NCBI GenBank assembly: GCA_963976285.1 | Contig: CAXBJY010000004.1 | Location: 15,107-79,106 of the forward strand | Direction: 5' to 3' | Length of the DNA: 64,000 nucleotides | Origin: an uncultured Gammaproteobacteria bacterium | Lineage (GTDB): Bacteria > Pseudomonadota > Gammaproteobacteria > Ga0077536 | In this document: positions 29,450 through 38,700 of the stretch, in pieces | Layout of the letters: each line of letters begins with the position of its first letter | Position numbering within the stretch: the first letter of the stretch is position 1 | The notes under the pieces: model-generated | Seen by the model: the letters and a program-made list of their open reading frames with translations, nothing else | Database searches by the model: none | Told to the model about the DNA's origin: nothing | Program-made: the position numbers and the translations under genes

Positions 29450-29624
29450 GGTCGGATGACACGTTCGGCAACGCTGGAACGTTCTTTCGACCCCACTTTT
29501 TTTCTTCGTCGTTTATACTGCCGCGCGTTGTTGTGTCGCGCGGGTGTTTCGTGTCGGCAGTTTTCGGCGCTGCTTCTCAACAGATTGAAGCGGCCGCAAG
29601 TTATTTAACCGGCGAAGGCCGGTT

Positions 29625-32534
29625 GTGAGGTTGTCGAGTTTGTCCGACCCAGTTTTCGTTCCCGGTCAGCGCTGGGTCAGCAATACCGAATCAGAACTGG
29701 GTCTCGGGATCGTCGTCGAGAACGAGAACCGGCGTGTCACGCTCAGTTTTCCCGCGGCCGGTGAACGCCGTGTCTACGCCACCGACAATGCCCCGTTGAG
29801 CCGGGTGATCTACGACGTTGGCGAGACCATCACGGATGATGAAGGCCTCACGATCAAGGTCCAGCAGCGCCACGACAACAAGGGCTGCATTATTTACGGC
29901 GGCGCCACCGCGGACGGTGAGCCCGCGATCATCGCGGAGCTGGATCTCGACAGTTTCGTCCAGTTCAGCCGCCCGCTCGATCGCCTGTTTGCCGGTCAGA
30001 TCGACAAGAACAACAGTTTTATCCTGCGTACGGAAACGCTCGCGCATCAGCATCGGCACGCGCGTTCGTCCGCTTACGGCCTGCTTGGCCCGCGCGTGCA
30101 ACTGCTGCCGCACCAGTTCTATATCGCCCAGCAAGTGGCCGCCCGCTACCATCCGCGCGTGCTGCTCGCCGACGAAGTGGGTCTCGGCAAGACGATCGAG
30201 GCCGGCCTGATCGTGCACCAGCAGCTGCTGTGCGGACGCGCGAAGCGTGTTTTGATCATCGTGCCCGACAGTCTCGTGCACCAGTGGCTCGTCGAGATGC
30301 TGCGACGTTTCAATCTGCATTTCACGATCCTCGACGAGGAAACGTGCGTCGCGATCGAGACCGGCGGCGACGAGGACGCGGAGGAAACAAGCGACGGCGA
30401 GGCCGAAAACCCGTTCGACAGCGCGCAACTCGTGCTCGCGGGCCTGTCCCTGCTCGTCGACAACCCGGCACGTCGCGACCAGGCCCTCGCCGCGAGCTGG
30501 GACCTGATGGTCGTCGATGAAGCGCATCACCTGAGTTGGCACGAGGACGCCGTGAGCCCGGCCTACGCCGCGGTCGAGGCACTCGCGCGCGCGGCCGCCG
30601 GCCTCATCCTGATCACCGCAACCCCGGAGCAACTCGGGCTCGAAGGACATTTTGCCCGCCTGCGCCTGCTCGACCCCGACCGTTACCACGACCTCGCGGA
30701 ATTTCGCGCCGAGGAAGAACGCTATCGTCCCGTGGCCGAACTGATCACGGCGCTGCGTGATGCGGACCCGGCCACCGATTTCACGGTCGACGACAGCCTG
30801 CCGCGGCGACTCGCGGAATTTCTCGATCCCGCGACGATTGCAACGCTTGTCGCGGCGTCCCCGGCTGAACGTGGCGGTTTGATCGACGAGGTGATCCGCA
30901 ACCTGCTCGATCGCCAGGGCACCGGTCGCGTGTTGTATCGCAACTGCCGCGACACGGTCGCCGGGTTTCCCGCACGTGAGCTGCACGCTTACAGGCTCGC
31001 GCCATCGGCGGCCTACGGCGCGGCGGCGGCCACGGCCCCGGTCGAACTGTGCCTGTTGCCCGAAACCCTGCTCGGCGATACGTGGATCGCGACCGATCCG
31101 CGCGTCGCCTGGCTCGCGGACTGGCTGGCCGCGCACCGCGGCGAGAAAGTGCTCGTGATCTGTGCCCGCGCGGCCACGGCGATCGCGCTCGAAGAACATT
31201 TGCGCGTGCGCTGTGGCATCCGCTCGGCCGTGTTCCATGAAGGTCTCGGACTCGTGCAGCGCGACCGCGCGGCGGCCTATTTCGCCGACGAACAGGAAAA
31301 TGCCGAAGCCCTGATCTGCTCGGAGATCGGCAGCGAGGGGCGGAACTTCCAGTTCGCTCATCACCTCGTGCTGTTCGATCTGCCGCTGAATCCGGATTTG
31401 CTGGAACAGCGGATCGGTCGTCTCGATCGCATCGGTCAGCGGCACACGGTACAGATCCACGTCCCGGTACTCGACAACACCGCGACCGCCGTGCTGCTGC
31501 GCTGGTTCCACGAAGGCCTCGATGCCTTCGAGTCCGTGTTTCCGGCCGGACGCATTCTGTTCGATGAATTCGAGCCGTCGCTGCGCGCGTGCCTTGCCGC
31601 GCCGACGGACACGCCGGCGATCGACGAACTCATCGCCGCGACGCAGGCGCATGCCCAGGCAACGCGTGAAGCGCTGAGCCGGGGTCGCGACCGCCTGCTC
31701 GAACTGAATTCCTACGACGATGCCCAGGCGATGTCCGTTATCGAGGCGCTCAGCGAAGCAGCGCGTAAACTCGAACTCGCCGATTACATGGAAGGTGTGT
31801 TCGATTTCTTCGGCGTCGATCAACAACCGCACGGGCCGCTCAGCGTCGTCGTACATCCGAGCGACCAGATGCTGTGTCACAGTTTTCCGGGTTTACCCGA
31901 GGGCGGGATCACGGGCACCTACGATCGCATCGAGGCGCTGACCCACGAGGACATGCATTTCCTCACGTGGGAACATCCGATGGTCACCGGTGCCATGGAC
32001 ATGATGCTGTCCGGGGAGTTCGGTAACGCAACGCTGTGCACGTTGAAAGCGCCGTTTCTGAAACCGGGTACGCTGCTGCTCGAAGCGATCTTCGTCGTCA
32101 GCTGTCCCGGGCCGCGACACCTGCAGCTGTCGCGCTATCTGCCGCAGGCGAGCCTGCGGATCGTGGTCGATCGCGACCGTCGTGATCTGACCTCGGTGCT
32201 GACCCCCGAACGGATCGACGGCATCATCGAGACGATCAAGAAACATGTCGCCCAGGAAGTCGCGAAACATGCGCGCGCCGAGATCACCGCGATGGCGGCA
32301 CGCGCGACGGAAATTGCCGAAGCCGCGCTCGGCGGTTTGCGCGCCGAGGCGGTGCAGCACGCGCGCGATGCGCAGGCCGCGGAACTCGCGCGGCTCGAAG
32401 CGCTCGCGGCGGTGAATCCGAACATTCGTGCCGAAGAGATCGAATTTCGGCGTGACTACGCAAGCATGCTCGTCGAAGTTCTCGGCAATGCAACGGTACG
32501 CCTCGACGCCGTTCGGGTTGGCCTCGCGACCTAG
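29625..32534 (+). CDS. rapA: RNA polymerase-associated SNF2 ATPase RapA (HepA)
   Basis: N-terminus GQRWVSNTESELGLGIVV and LLADEVGLGKTIEAGLIVHQQLL..VPDSLVHQWLVEMLRRFNL align with E. coli RapA. DEAH box (VVDEAHHL). Confidence 0.95.
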   Translation: MRLSSLSDPVFVPGQRWVSNTESELGLGIVVENENRRVTLSFPAAGERRVYATDNAPLSRVIYDVGETITDDEGLTIKVQQRHDNKGCIIYGGATADGEPAIIAELDLDSFVQFSRPLDRLFAGQIDKNNSFILRTETLAHQHRHARSSAYGLLGPRVQLLPHQFYIAQQVAARYHPRVLLADEVGLGKTIEAGLIVHQQLLCGRAKRVLIIVPDSLVHQWLVEMLRRFNLHFTILDEETCVAIETGGDEDAEETSDGEAENPFDSAQLVLAGLSLLVDNPARRDQALAASWDLMVVDEAHHLSWHEDAVSPAYAAVEALARAAAGLILITATPEQLGLEGHFARLRLLDPDRYHDLAEFRAEEERYRPVAELITALRDADPATDFTVDDSLPRRLAEFLDPATIATLVAASPAERGGLIDEVIRNLLDRQGTGRVLYRNCRDTVAGFPARELHAYRLAPSAAYGAAAATAPVELCLLPETLLGDTWIATDPRVAWLADWLAAHRGEKVLVICARAATAIALEEHLRVRCGIRSAVFHEGLGLVQRDRAAAYFADEQENAEALICSEIGSEGRNFQFAHHLVLFDLPLNPDLLEQRIGRLDRIGQRHTVQIHVPVLDNTATAVLLRWFHEGLDAFESVFPAGRILFDEFEPSLRACLAAPTDTPAIDELIAATQAHAQATREALSRGRDRLLELNSYDDAQAMSVIEALSEAARKLELADYMEGVFDFFGVDQQPHGPLSVVVHPSDQMLCHSFPGLPEGGITGTYDRIEALTHEDMHFLTWEHPMVTGAMDMMLSGEFGNATLCTLKAPFLKPGTLLLEAIFVVSCPGPRHLQLSRYLPQASLRIVVDRDRRDLTSVLTPERIDGIIETIKKHVAQEVAKHARAEITAMAARATEIAEAALGGLRAEAVQHARDAQAAELARLEALAAVNPNIRAEEIEFRRDYASMLVEVLGNATVRLDAVRVGLAT

Positions 32535-32963
32535 CAGCCTGTCGGACTTAGGGGCTGTTGATCTTTCGCGGAGCGCCACTGCTGAGCCCCTGTTTGTGGA
32601 CCGGCAAGGCAGAGAGAGCGTGATTTAGCCGTAGCTAAATGAGCGAACGATAACGCCGCCGGACGCGAACAGGGGCTCAGCCCGACGGGTTACCCGTGAA
32701 AACCCGTCACTCGTCGTTGCAGCTCGCTCATTTGGAACAACCAAACTACGCTCGCTGCGCCTCGATTGACAAATTTTCACGGGTAACAGTGGCGCTCCGC
32801 GAAAGATCAACAGCCCCTAGGAACAATCTGCTGCGCCGGCGGGACAGCGGCGCAAAAACGCGCGATTTTTCGTCACGTAGCACCACTATGCTCCTCAAAA
32901 TCGCACGTTTTTGCACTCGCTCTCCCACCTTGCTCGCTACGATTGCCTAAGTCCGACAGGCTG
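32535..32963. repeat. 429-bp nested inverted-repeat element (MITE/REP-like or structured RNA) beginning at the rapA stop codon
   Basis: Perfect 18-bp terminal inverted repeats: cagcctgtcggacttagg (32535-52) and cctaagtccgacaggctg (32946-63). A 29-bp subterminal IR: 32553-81 versus 32787-815. Three internal hairpins: 32581-94/32668-81, 32689-702/32774-87, and 32858-76/32897-915. No ORF with protein-like composition. Confidence 0.7.
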
Positions 32964-33000
32964 CCAGGCGCCGGCGGGTAGCTGAGTCACCGGTGCGGGC

Positions 33001-33510
33001 TCAGTCGAGCGCGCGCCACAGCGGCCGTGGCCACAGCGAGGGTTCGCCCGGTGCACACGGCATGAATCCGTGCGCCGTGAAAAATGCGCTCGATTCGCGC
33101 CACGCGCGCGTTGCGAGGCCAGCGTAACCCTCCGCCCGCGCGAGTGCCTCGACATCCGCGAGCAACCGCGCACCGATCCCCGTACGCTGTCGTCGCGGCA
33201 GCACATAGAGTCCGTGCAACGTCAGCAAGCGGCGATTTTCCGGCGGGTCGTGCGGATCCGCGGGTTCCGTGCAGCTGAAGCCGACCGCGGTTCCGCCGTC
33301 GGTGATGAGTCGGGCGCGCATCGTCCGCACGTCCATCGCGTCGTAGCGCAGGCTCGGCAGCGACAGGCGCAATACCCGGGCCGACAGTCCCCAGCCGCTG
33401 ACCGCGGCTGCGAGAATGCCGTTGATCGTATCGAGGTCGGCCACGTCCGCGTCGCGGATCACGCTGCGCGAATGCGCCGGGGCGGTGGCCGCTCGCGGGC
33501 TCGTTGGCAT
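33001..33510 (-). CDS. GNAT family N-acetyltransferase
   Basis: RRQRTGIGARLL matches the acetyl-CoA-binding R/QxxGxG/A motif. 169 aa. Confidence 0.75.
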   Translation of the reverse strand: MPTSPRAATAPAHSRSVIRDADVADLDTINGILAAAVSGWGLSARVLRLSLPSLRYDAMDVRTMRARLITDGGTAVGFSCTEPADPHDPPENRRLLTLHGLYVLPRRQRTGIGARLLADVEALARAEGYAGLATRAWRESSAFFTAHGFMPCAPGEPSLWPRPLWRALD

Positions 33511-33564
33511 GCAGGGTCATCTCGCGGGCAATAACGTCGTGTACGTGCGCGCGCGGCGCCGGGT

Positions 33565-35745
33565 TCACTGCACCTCGAACGTCACCGTCGCGGTACGGGT
33601 CGGCGGGGTGCCGTCGTTGTGCTCGATTTCCGCAAACGTGGTGAACCTGCCGCGCGCAAGCGGCCACGCATATGTACCGCCCGAGGTCGTGTCCGCGGCT
33701 TCACCATTGACAAACCAGTGCACCCGGCGCGCCGTATCGGCACCCGCGAGTTCGAACTGGAAAACCTCGTGCTCATCCGGGATCCGCGGATCCATCGCGA
33801 GACGCAGTCCGTTGATCGGTTTGCGCAGTCGCAATGGCGCATTCGTCGTCGGCAATGCCCGCGGTGCAAGCCCGCGAACGAACCATTCGTCGCGCGTAGC
33901 GCACGGCGCGTCGGGCGGCAGGCCCGTTTCGCGACACACCGTGCGCTGCACGAGATTCGGGCTGCGGTACAGGGCGCCGCGTTCGCGGTGGCGATTCAGC
34001 TCGCGCAAGGTCGCGCGCAGCACGAGAGCGGGTCCGGTCGAACCGGTGACGTCGTGCATCGCCGTGTAGTCGAGATTGCCCATCCACACCCCGACCGTGT
34101 AGCGGTCGTCGTAACCGATCGCCCAGGCGTCGCGATAGTCACTCGAGGTGCCGGTCTTTACCGCCGTCGGTGCCGCGAAATTCAGGATCGAATAAGGCCC
34201 GAACTCGAGTTCGCGTGCATGTGGATCGGACAGGATATCGGCGATCAGGCTCGCGACATCCGCGGAGAAGATGCGCGCGCCCGGCGCCGTATCGCCGGCG
34301 AGCAGGCGCAGCGGTGCGAACTCGCCCATGCGCGCGAGCACGGTATAGGCCTGCACGAGTTCGAACAGCGTTACTTCGCCGTTACCGAGGGCAATGCCGT
34401 CGCCATACACGTTCGGATGTTCCGTCAGACTGTTGATACCGAGTTCGCGCAGACGCTCGATGAACGTTGCCGCGCCGACCAATTGCGCCACGCGTACGGC
34501 GGGTGTGTTCAGCGAATTGCCGAGCGCTTCGCGCACGGACACGGGACCGTAATAGCGGTGCGAGTAATTCGCCACCGCGTGGAGACCAAGACCGACGTTT
34601 TGTTCGAGCGGCGCGTCGTCGATGACGCTTGCGGCACTCAGGCCCTGCGCCAGGGCCTCGGTATACAGCAGCGGTTTCAGCGCCGAGCCCGGCTGGCGCC
34701 GGACCGTGACGGCATCGATTGCGGTAAACGGTTTGCCAGCCTGTCCGGCGTGACCGACGACCCAGGCGAGCACTTCACCGCGGGTGTGGTCGACCGCGAG
34801 CACGGCGGCGTTGTGGACGTGGCGGCCGGCGAGATCGGCGAGGCGACGGTCGAGGATTTGCTGCACGCTGCGCTGCACGGTCAGATCGAGCGTCGTGGAC
34901 GTGATCCCGTCGCTCCGCGCGCCGGGTTCGCGCTCGTTTAAATAACGCAGGAAATGCGCGACGTTCACGGGCCTTGCGACGCGCCGCGGCGACAGGTTCT
35001 GGGCGGCGATCTCCGCGCCGTCGAGCGCGAGTTCGCCGCGCCGGTGCAGGGTGTGGGCGACCGCGCGAATGCCGCGTTCGAGTGCCGGCGTGCGTGAGCG
35101 GGGATCGAACCAGCGCGGCGCGCGAACGATGACGGCGAGCGCGAGCAGTTCCTTTTCGTTCAGGGTCGCGAGATCCCGATCGAAGTAATACCGCGCGGCC
35201 TGCACGACGCCGCGCCGGCGTGCGGCGTACGGCACCTGGTTCAGATAGAACTCGAGGATCGCGGGCTTGCCATGCGCGCGTTCGAGCGCCGCGGCCTCGA
35301 AGCCTTCGAGCCAGCGCGACCAGGGCGTGCGCGCGCGCGGGTGCAGCATGCGCACGACCTGTTCGCTGATCGTACTCGCACCGCGCACTACCCGACCGGC
35401 GCGCAGGTTCGCGAGCGCCGCCGCCGCGCGCGCGGTCCAGTCGACCCCGTCGTGTGTCGCGAAGCGCCGATCTTCGGCGGCGATGAACGCAGCGCTCAGC
35501 AGTTGCGGCGCCCGGTGCAGTGCGATCCGGTCGTGGATGTTCCACCGGTTCTCGTACGTCGCGTTGAGACGTTCACCGTGACGATCGGCGTAGACGATCC
35601 GCCGCGTGTGCGCGGACCCGGCGTCGGGCAATACCGTCGGGATCGGTCTCAACGCGAGCCCGGTGGCGATGGTCAGCGCGCCGGCGGCGACGGCAAAACC
35701 ACCGACGATTATGCGCAAGGCGAGGGCACGATGGCGCTTGTGCAT
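33565..35745 (-). CDS. pbpC: penicillin-binding protein 1C (bifunctional transglycosylase/transpeptidase)
   Basis: GT51 motifs (EDRRFATHDGVD, RGASTISEQ) plus a transpeptidase module. The C-terminal PbpC domain lies immediately downstream of the A2M gene. Confidence 0.9.
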   Translation of the reverse strand: MHKRHRALALRIIVGGFAVAAGALTIATGLALRPIPTVLPDAGSAHTRRIVYADRHGERLNATYENRWNIHDRIALHRAPQLLSAAFIAAEDRRFATHDGVDWTARAAAALANLRAGRVVRGASTISEQVVRMLHPRARTPWSRWLEGFEAAALERAHGKPAILEFYLNQVPYAARRRGVVQAARYYFDRDLATLNEKELLALAVIVRAPRWFDPRSRTPALERGIRAVAHTLHRRGELALDGAEIAAQNLSPRRVARPVNVAHFLRYLNEREPGARSDGITSTTLDLTVQRSVQQILDRRLADLAGRHVHNAAVLAVDHTRGEVLAWVVGHAGQAGKPFTAIDAVTVRRQPGSALKPLLYTEALAQGLSAASVIDDAPLEQNVGLGLHAVANYSHRYYGPVSVREALGNSLNTPAVRVAQLVGAATFIERLRELGINSLTEHPNVYGDGIALGNGEVTLFELVQAYTVLARMGEFAPLRLLAGDTAPGARIFSADVASLIADILSDPHARELEFGPYSILNFAAPTAVKTGTSSDYRDAWAIGYDDRYTVGVWMGNLDYTAMHDVTGSTGPALVLRATLRELNRHRERGALYRSPNLVQRTVCRETGLPPDAPCATRDEWFVRGLAPRALPTTNAPLRLRKPINGLRLAMDPRIPDEHEVFQFELAGADTARRVHWFVNGEAADTTSGGTYAWPLARGRFTTFAEIEHNDGTPPTRTATVTFEVQ

Positions 35746-35748
35746 CGC

Positions 35749-38700
35749 TCAGTCCTCCACCACGAGCGTCGCCGGCAGGCCGCGCCCGTACACATCGGGG
35801 TCGTACATCTCTTCGGCACGGACCGCCGGTGCGGCAAACTCGCCCGCGGCGATCGCCTGCGCGGTGTACGCGAGGTGATAGTTGCCGGGTGGCAGGTAGT
35901 CGGCGTAGAAGCGCGCGGCGTCGAAGCGCAGTTCCCGGTGATAGAAACTCGCGAAATACGCGCCGTAAGTCGTCCACGTATCGTGCGTGAAATACCACGA
36001 GCCGGCGCCGAACCGCTCGCCGGCTTTCGCCGCGTCCACCAACGAACTCGTCGCGAGGTCGGTGTTGACGGGTTCAAGGCCGCCGGGAACGGGATCTTCG
36101 ACGACGACGAAATGGCGCGCGCCGGCGACGGATACGAACAAATCGACGCGCACGATTTCGCCCCGGGCGATGCGGACCGGCTTGTCCAGGCGTTGCCACT
36201 GGCCGTTACGTTCGACGGTGTATTCACGCCGGATCTCGATCCCGGCGTTTGTCCGTGCGGCGGCGTCGGCTTTGCGGTCGTAAGCGAGCCGCGCCGAGTA
36301 ATACAGGCGGCCCGGGCCGTCTTTCGTCAGCGACATCGTTGCGCGCCGTCCCGCATCGGTGGCGTTCAGCGATCGGCCGAGCGTGACGGCGGGATCGCGC
36401 AAGTCCCCGAATGCCGCGCGGCCGAGCGTTTCGCGGTCGAGCGTGACGGCGATTCTCATATCCGGGGCCGTGTTCTCGAAGTGCCGCGCATAATCGACGA
36501 GCGCGTTCATACAGAACACGTTTTCCTGGGTATTTTCGAAGTGCGTACGTTGACCACGGCTTTGCGTGATCGCGCGCACGAGCTTGAACGGGATCTGATC
36601 GAGTCCCGGCAGTGCCGGTACGCTCGTGTTTGCGTCGACGAGCCCGGACAGGATCGCGCAGTTCGCGCGCAACGGGCTCGCGAGCAGGTGTTCGAATCCG
36701 TCGTCGAGAGTTTCACTGAACGTGAACTTGCCGCCGGATTGATCCGCGTGCGCAAGAATCTTCGCCACGGTTCCCGCGCGCAGGTCCTGCGGCACGTCCG
36801 GGGTCGCAAGTACGGCGCGCAGGTAATGCGCCTTGCCGAACAGATCCATCGCATCGACGTGCCGCGCGTAACGCGCGATGTCCTGCGCGGTCAGCGCGCC
36901 GTCGCCGGCGAGTGCCGCGAGCGCGACCGCGCGCACGCTCGACGCCATCCCGGCAGTGTAGAAGCCCGGGAACTCGTCGCGCCGCAACAGGCGCAACAGA
37001 TATTCCCGCAGCCGTGCAGCCACCGTTGCCGGTACGTCGTGACCATCGCGGCGCAACCAGTTGAATGCGATCGCTGTGTACGCCGACAGGTACGGGCTGA
37101 CGTGGGCGTTCGATGCCTGCCAGTACGCCATGCCGCCGTTCGGCGCCTGGAAATCAGCCGCCGCGGCGAGCGCGCGCGTGATATCGCCGTCCGGATCCGT
37201 CCACGCGACCGTGTCGGCGAGGTATGCGTGCAATTCACCGTAGGCCGACGCCGCGACGGCTTTCGTGAGTTGCTGTTCCCAGCACCGGTGCGGGTAATCC
37301 TTCAGGTAGTTGAAGGCGCCGTCGAGATTGCCGATCACGCTCGGTGACAACACCGCCTCGATGCGGCCGACATCCGTGTGGATATCGTCCGGTATCGCGA
37401 ACTTTTCCGTCACGCTCGCGGCAACGGTCGTGCCGTAACTCGCGGCCGTTGCCGGCGCCCGGATCCGGGTCACCGGCACGACGTGCTCGATCGCGTCCGT
37501 ATCGAGGGCATCGCCGGCGCGCGCAACGAAGCGTAACTCCCCGTCACGTACGGTCGTCAGTGGCACGCTGAATGGCACGCGATCATACGGCGCGACGGTG
37601 AGCACGCGGTTCGTGACCGCTGCCGCGCTGTCGGCGAGCGGCCCTTCGACATCGACGGAGACCGTGATCTCGCGCGGCGATGCGGTCCGGTTCATGACCG
37701 TAAAGCCGGCGCGCGCGCGATCCCCGGCGCGCAACTGATTCGGCATGACCGGCCGGATCTCGGTTGGCCGGTTTACCTTGAACGTCGCCTCGCCGAGACC
37801 CATGCGCGCATCCGGGGTAACGCCGAGCGCGAGGATGCGCCAGCCGGTGAGATTGTCCGGCACCTCGAACTCGATCTCCGCGGTGCCGTCCGGTCCGGCC
37901 ATGAGCGACGGATTCCAGTAACTGACGAACTTGAACAGATTGCGCAGGGCGGCGCCGTCCGCGCCGCCACCGCCGCCGGGGTTCGCGCCTTTGCTCACGA
38001 AATTCTGCCGTCCGACGAGGCGCGCGAGCAGGCTGTAGTTGTTCACATCGAGGCCGTCGAGCCGGTTGAAGCCGGCGTAGGGATCGTAGTAAGTCGCGCC
38101 ATTGCGGTTCAGCGCGAGCACGGCCTCGTCGACCACGGCGACCGCGAATTCCACCGGCGGATTTTCCCCCGGCGCGCGCGGCACGCGAACTCTTGCACGG
38201 ACATGGTCGCGCGGTTTCACGGTTTTCGCGTTCGTCGTCACTTCGACCGCGAGCCGTGCACCCGGATCGTTCACGTCGACGGCGAGGTAGCCGATGCGGT
38301 AACCCGGCTTGCCGAGATCGACCCGGCCGGGTTCCGGCGGCGCGGCCACCCGGGGTGAAACGACGACAACGGAAACGTAGAAACCCGGCAGATAATCCGC
38401 TTTGATCGGCACCTCGATCACCGGCGTGCTCGTCGCCAGTTCGGTCGTCCAGCTGTCGATGACACCATAGCGTTCGATCGTGACGAGTGCCCGCGCACCG
38501 GGGTAGGGGTTCTGCAGCAGGAAGCGCGCCGTGTCGCCGATCGCATGCGACGATTTCTCGGCGATGATCGGCAGGCTTGCATCGTTCGACTGATCCCATG
38601 CGACGTAGCCGGACCCTGTCACCCAGCCGTAGGCGGTCGTGTGATGCTCGCGGCCGGCACTGTCGAGCGTACTCGCGACGAACTGGTAATACCCGGCCTG

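Noticed and set aside
32428-32950. Four small overlapping ORFs (60-84 aa) inside the rapA-downstream element
   Set aside because: The plus and minus ORFs overlap one another and show no RBS; the nested inverted-repeat hairpins are a better explanation for this sequence than protein coding.
35272-37347. 691-aa plus-strand ORF (and several others over 300 aa) antisense to the alpha-2-macroglobulin gene
   Set aside because: Arg/Ala/Gly-rich low-complexity translation typical of antisense frames in high-GC DNA. Fully contained within a strongly supported 1939-aa gene.
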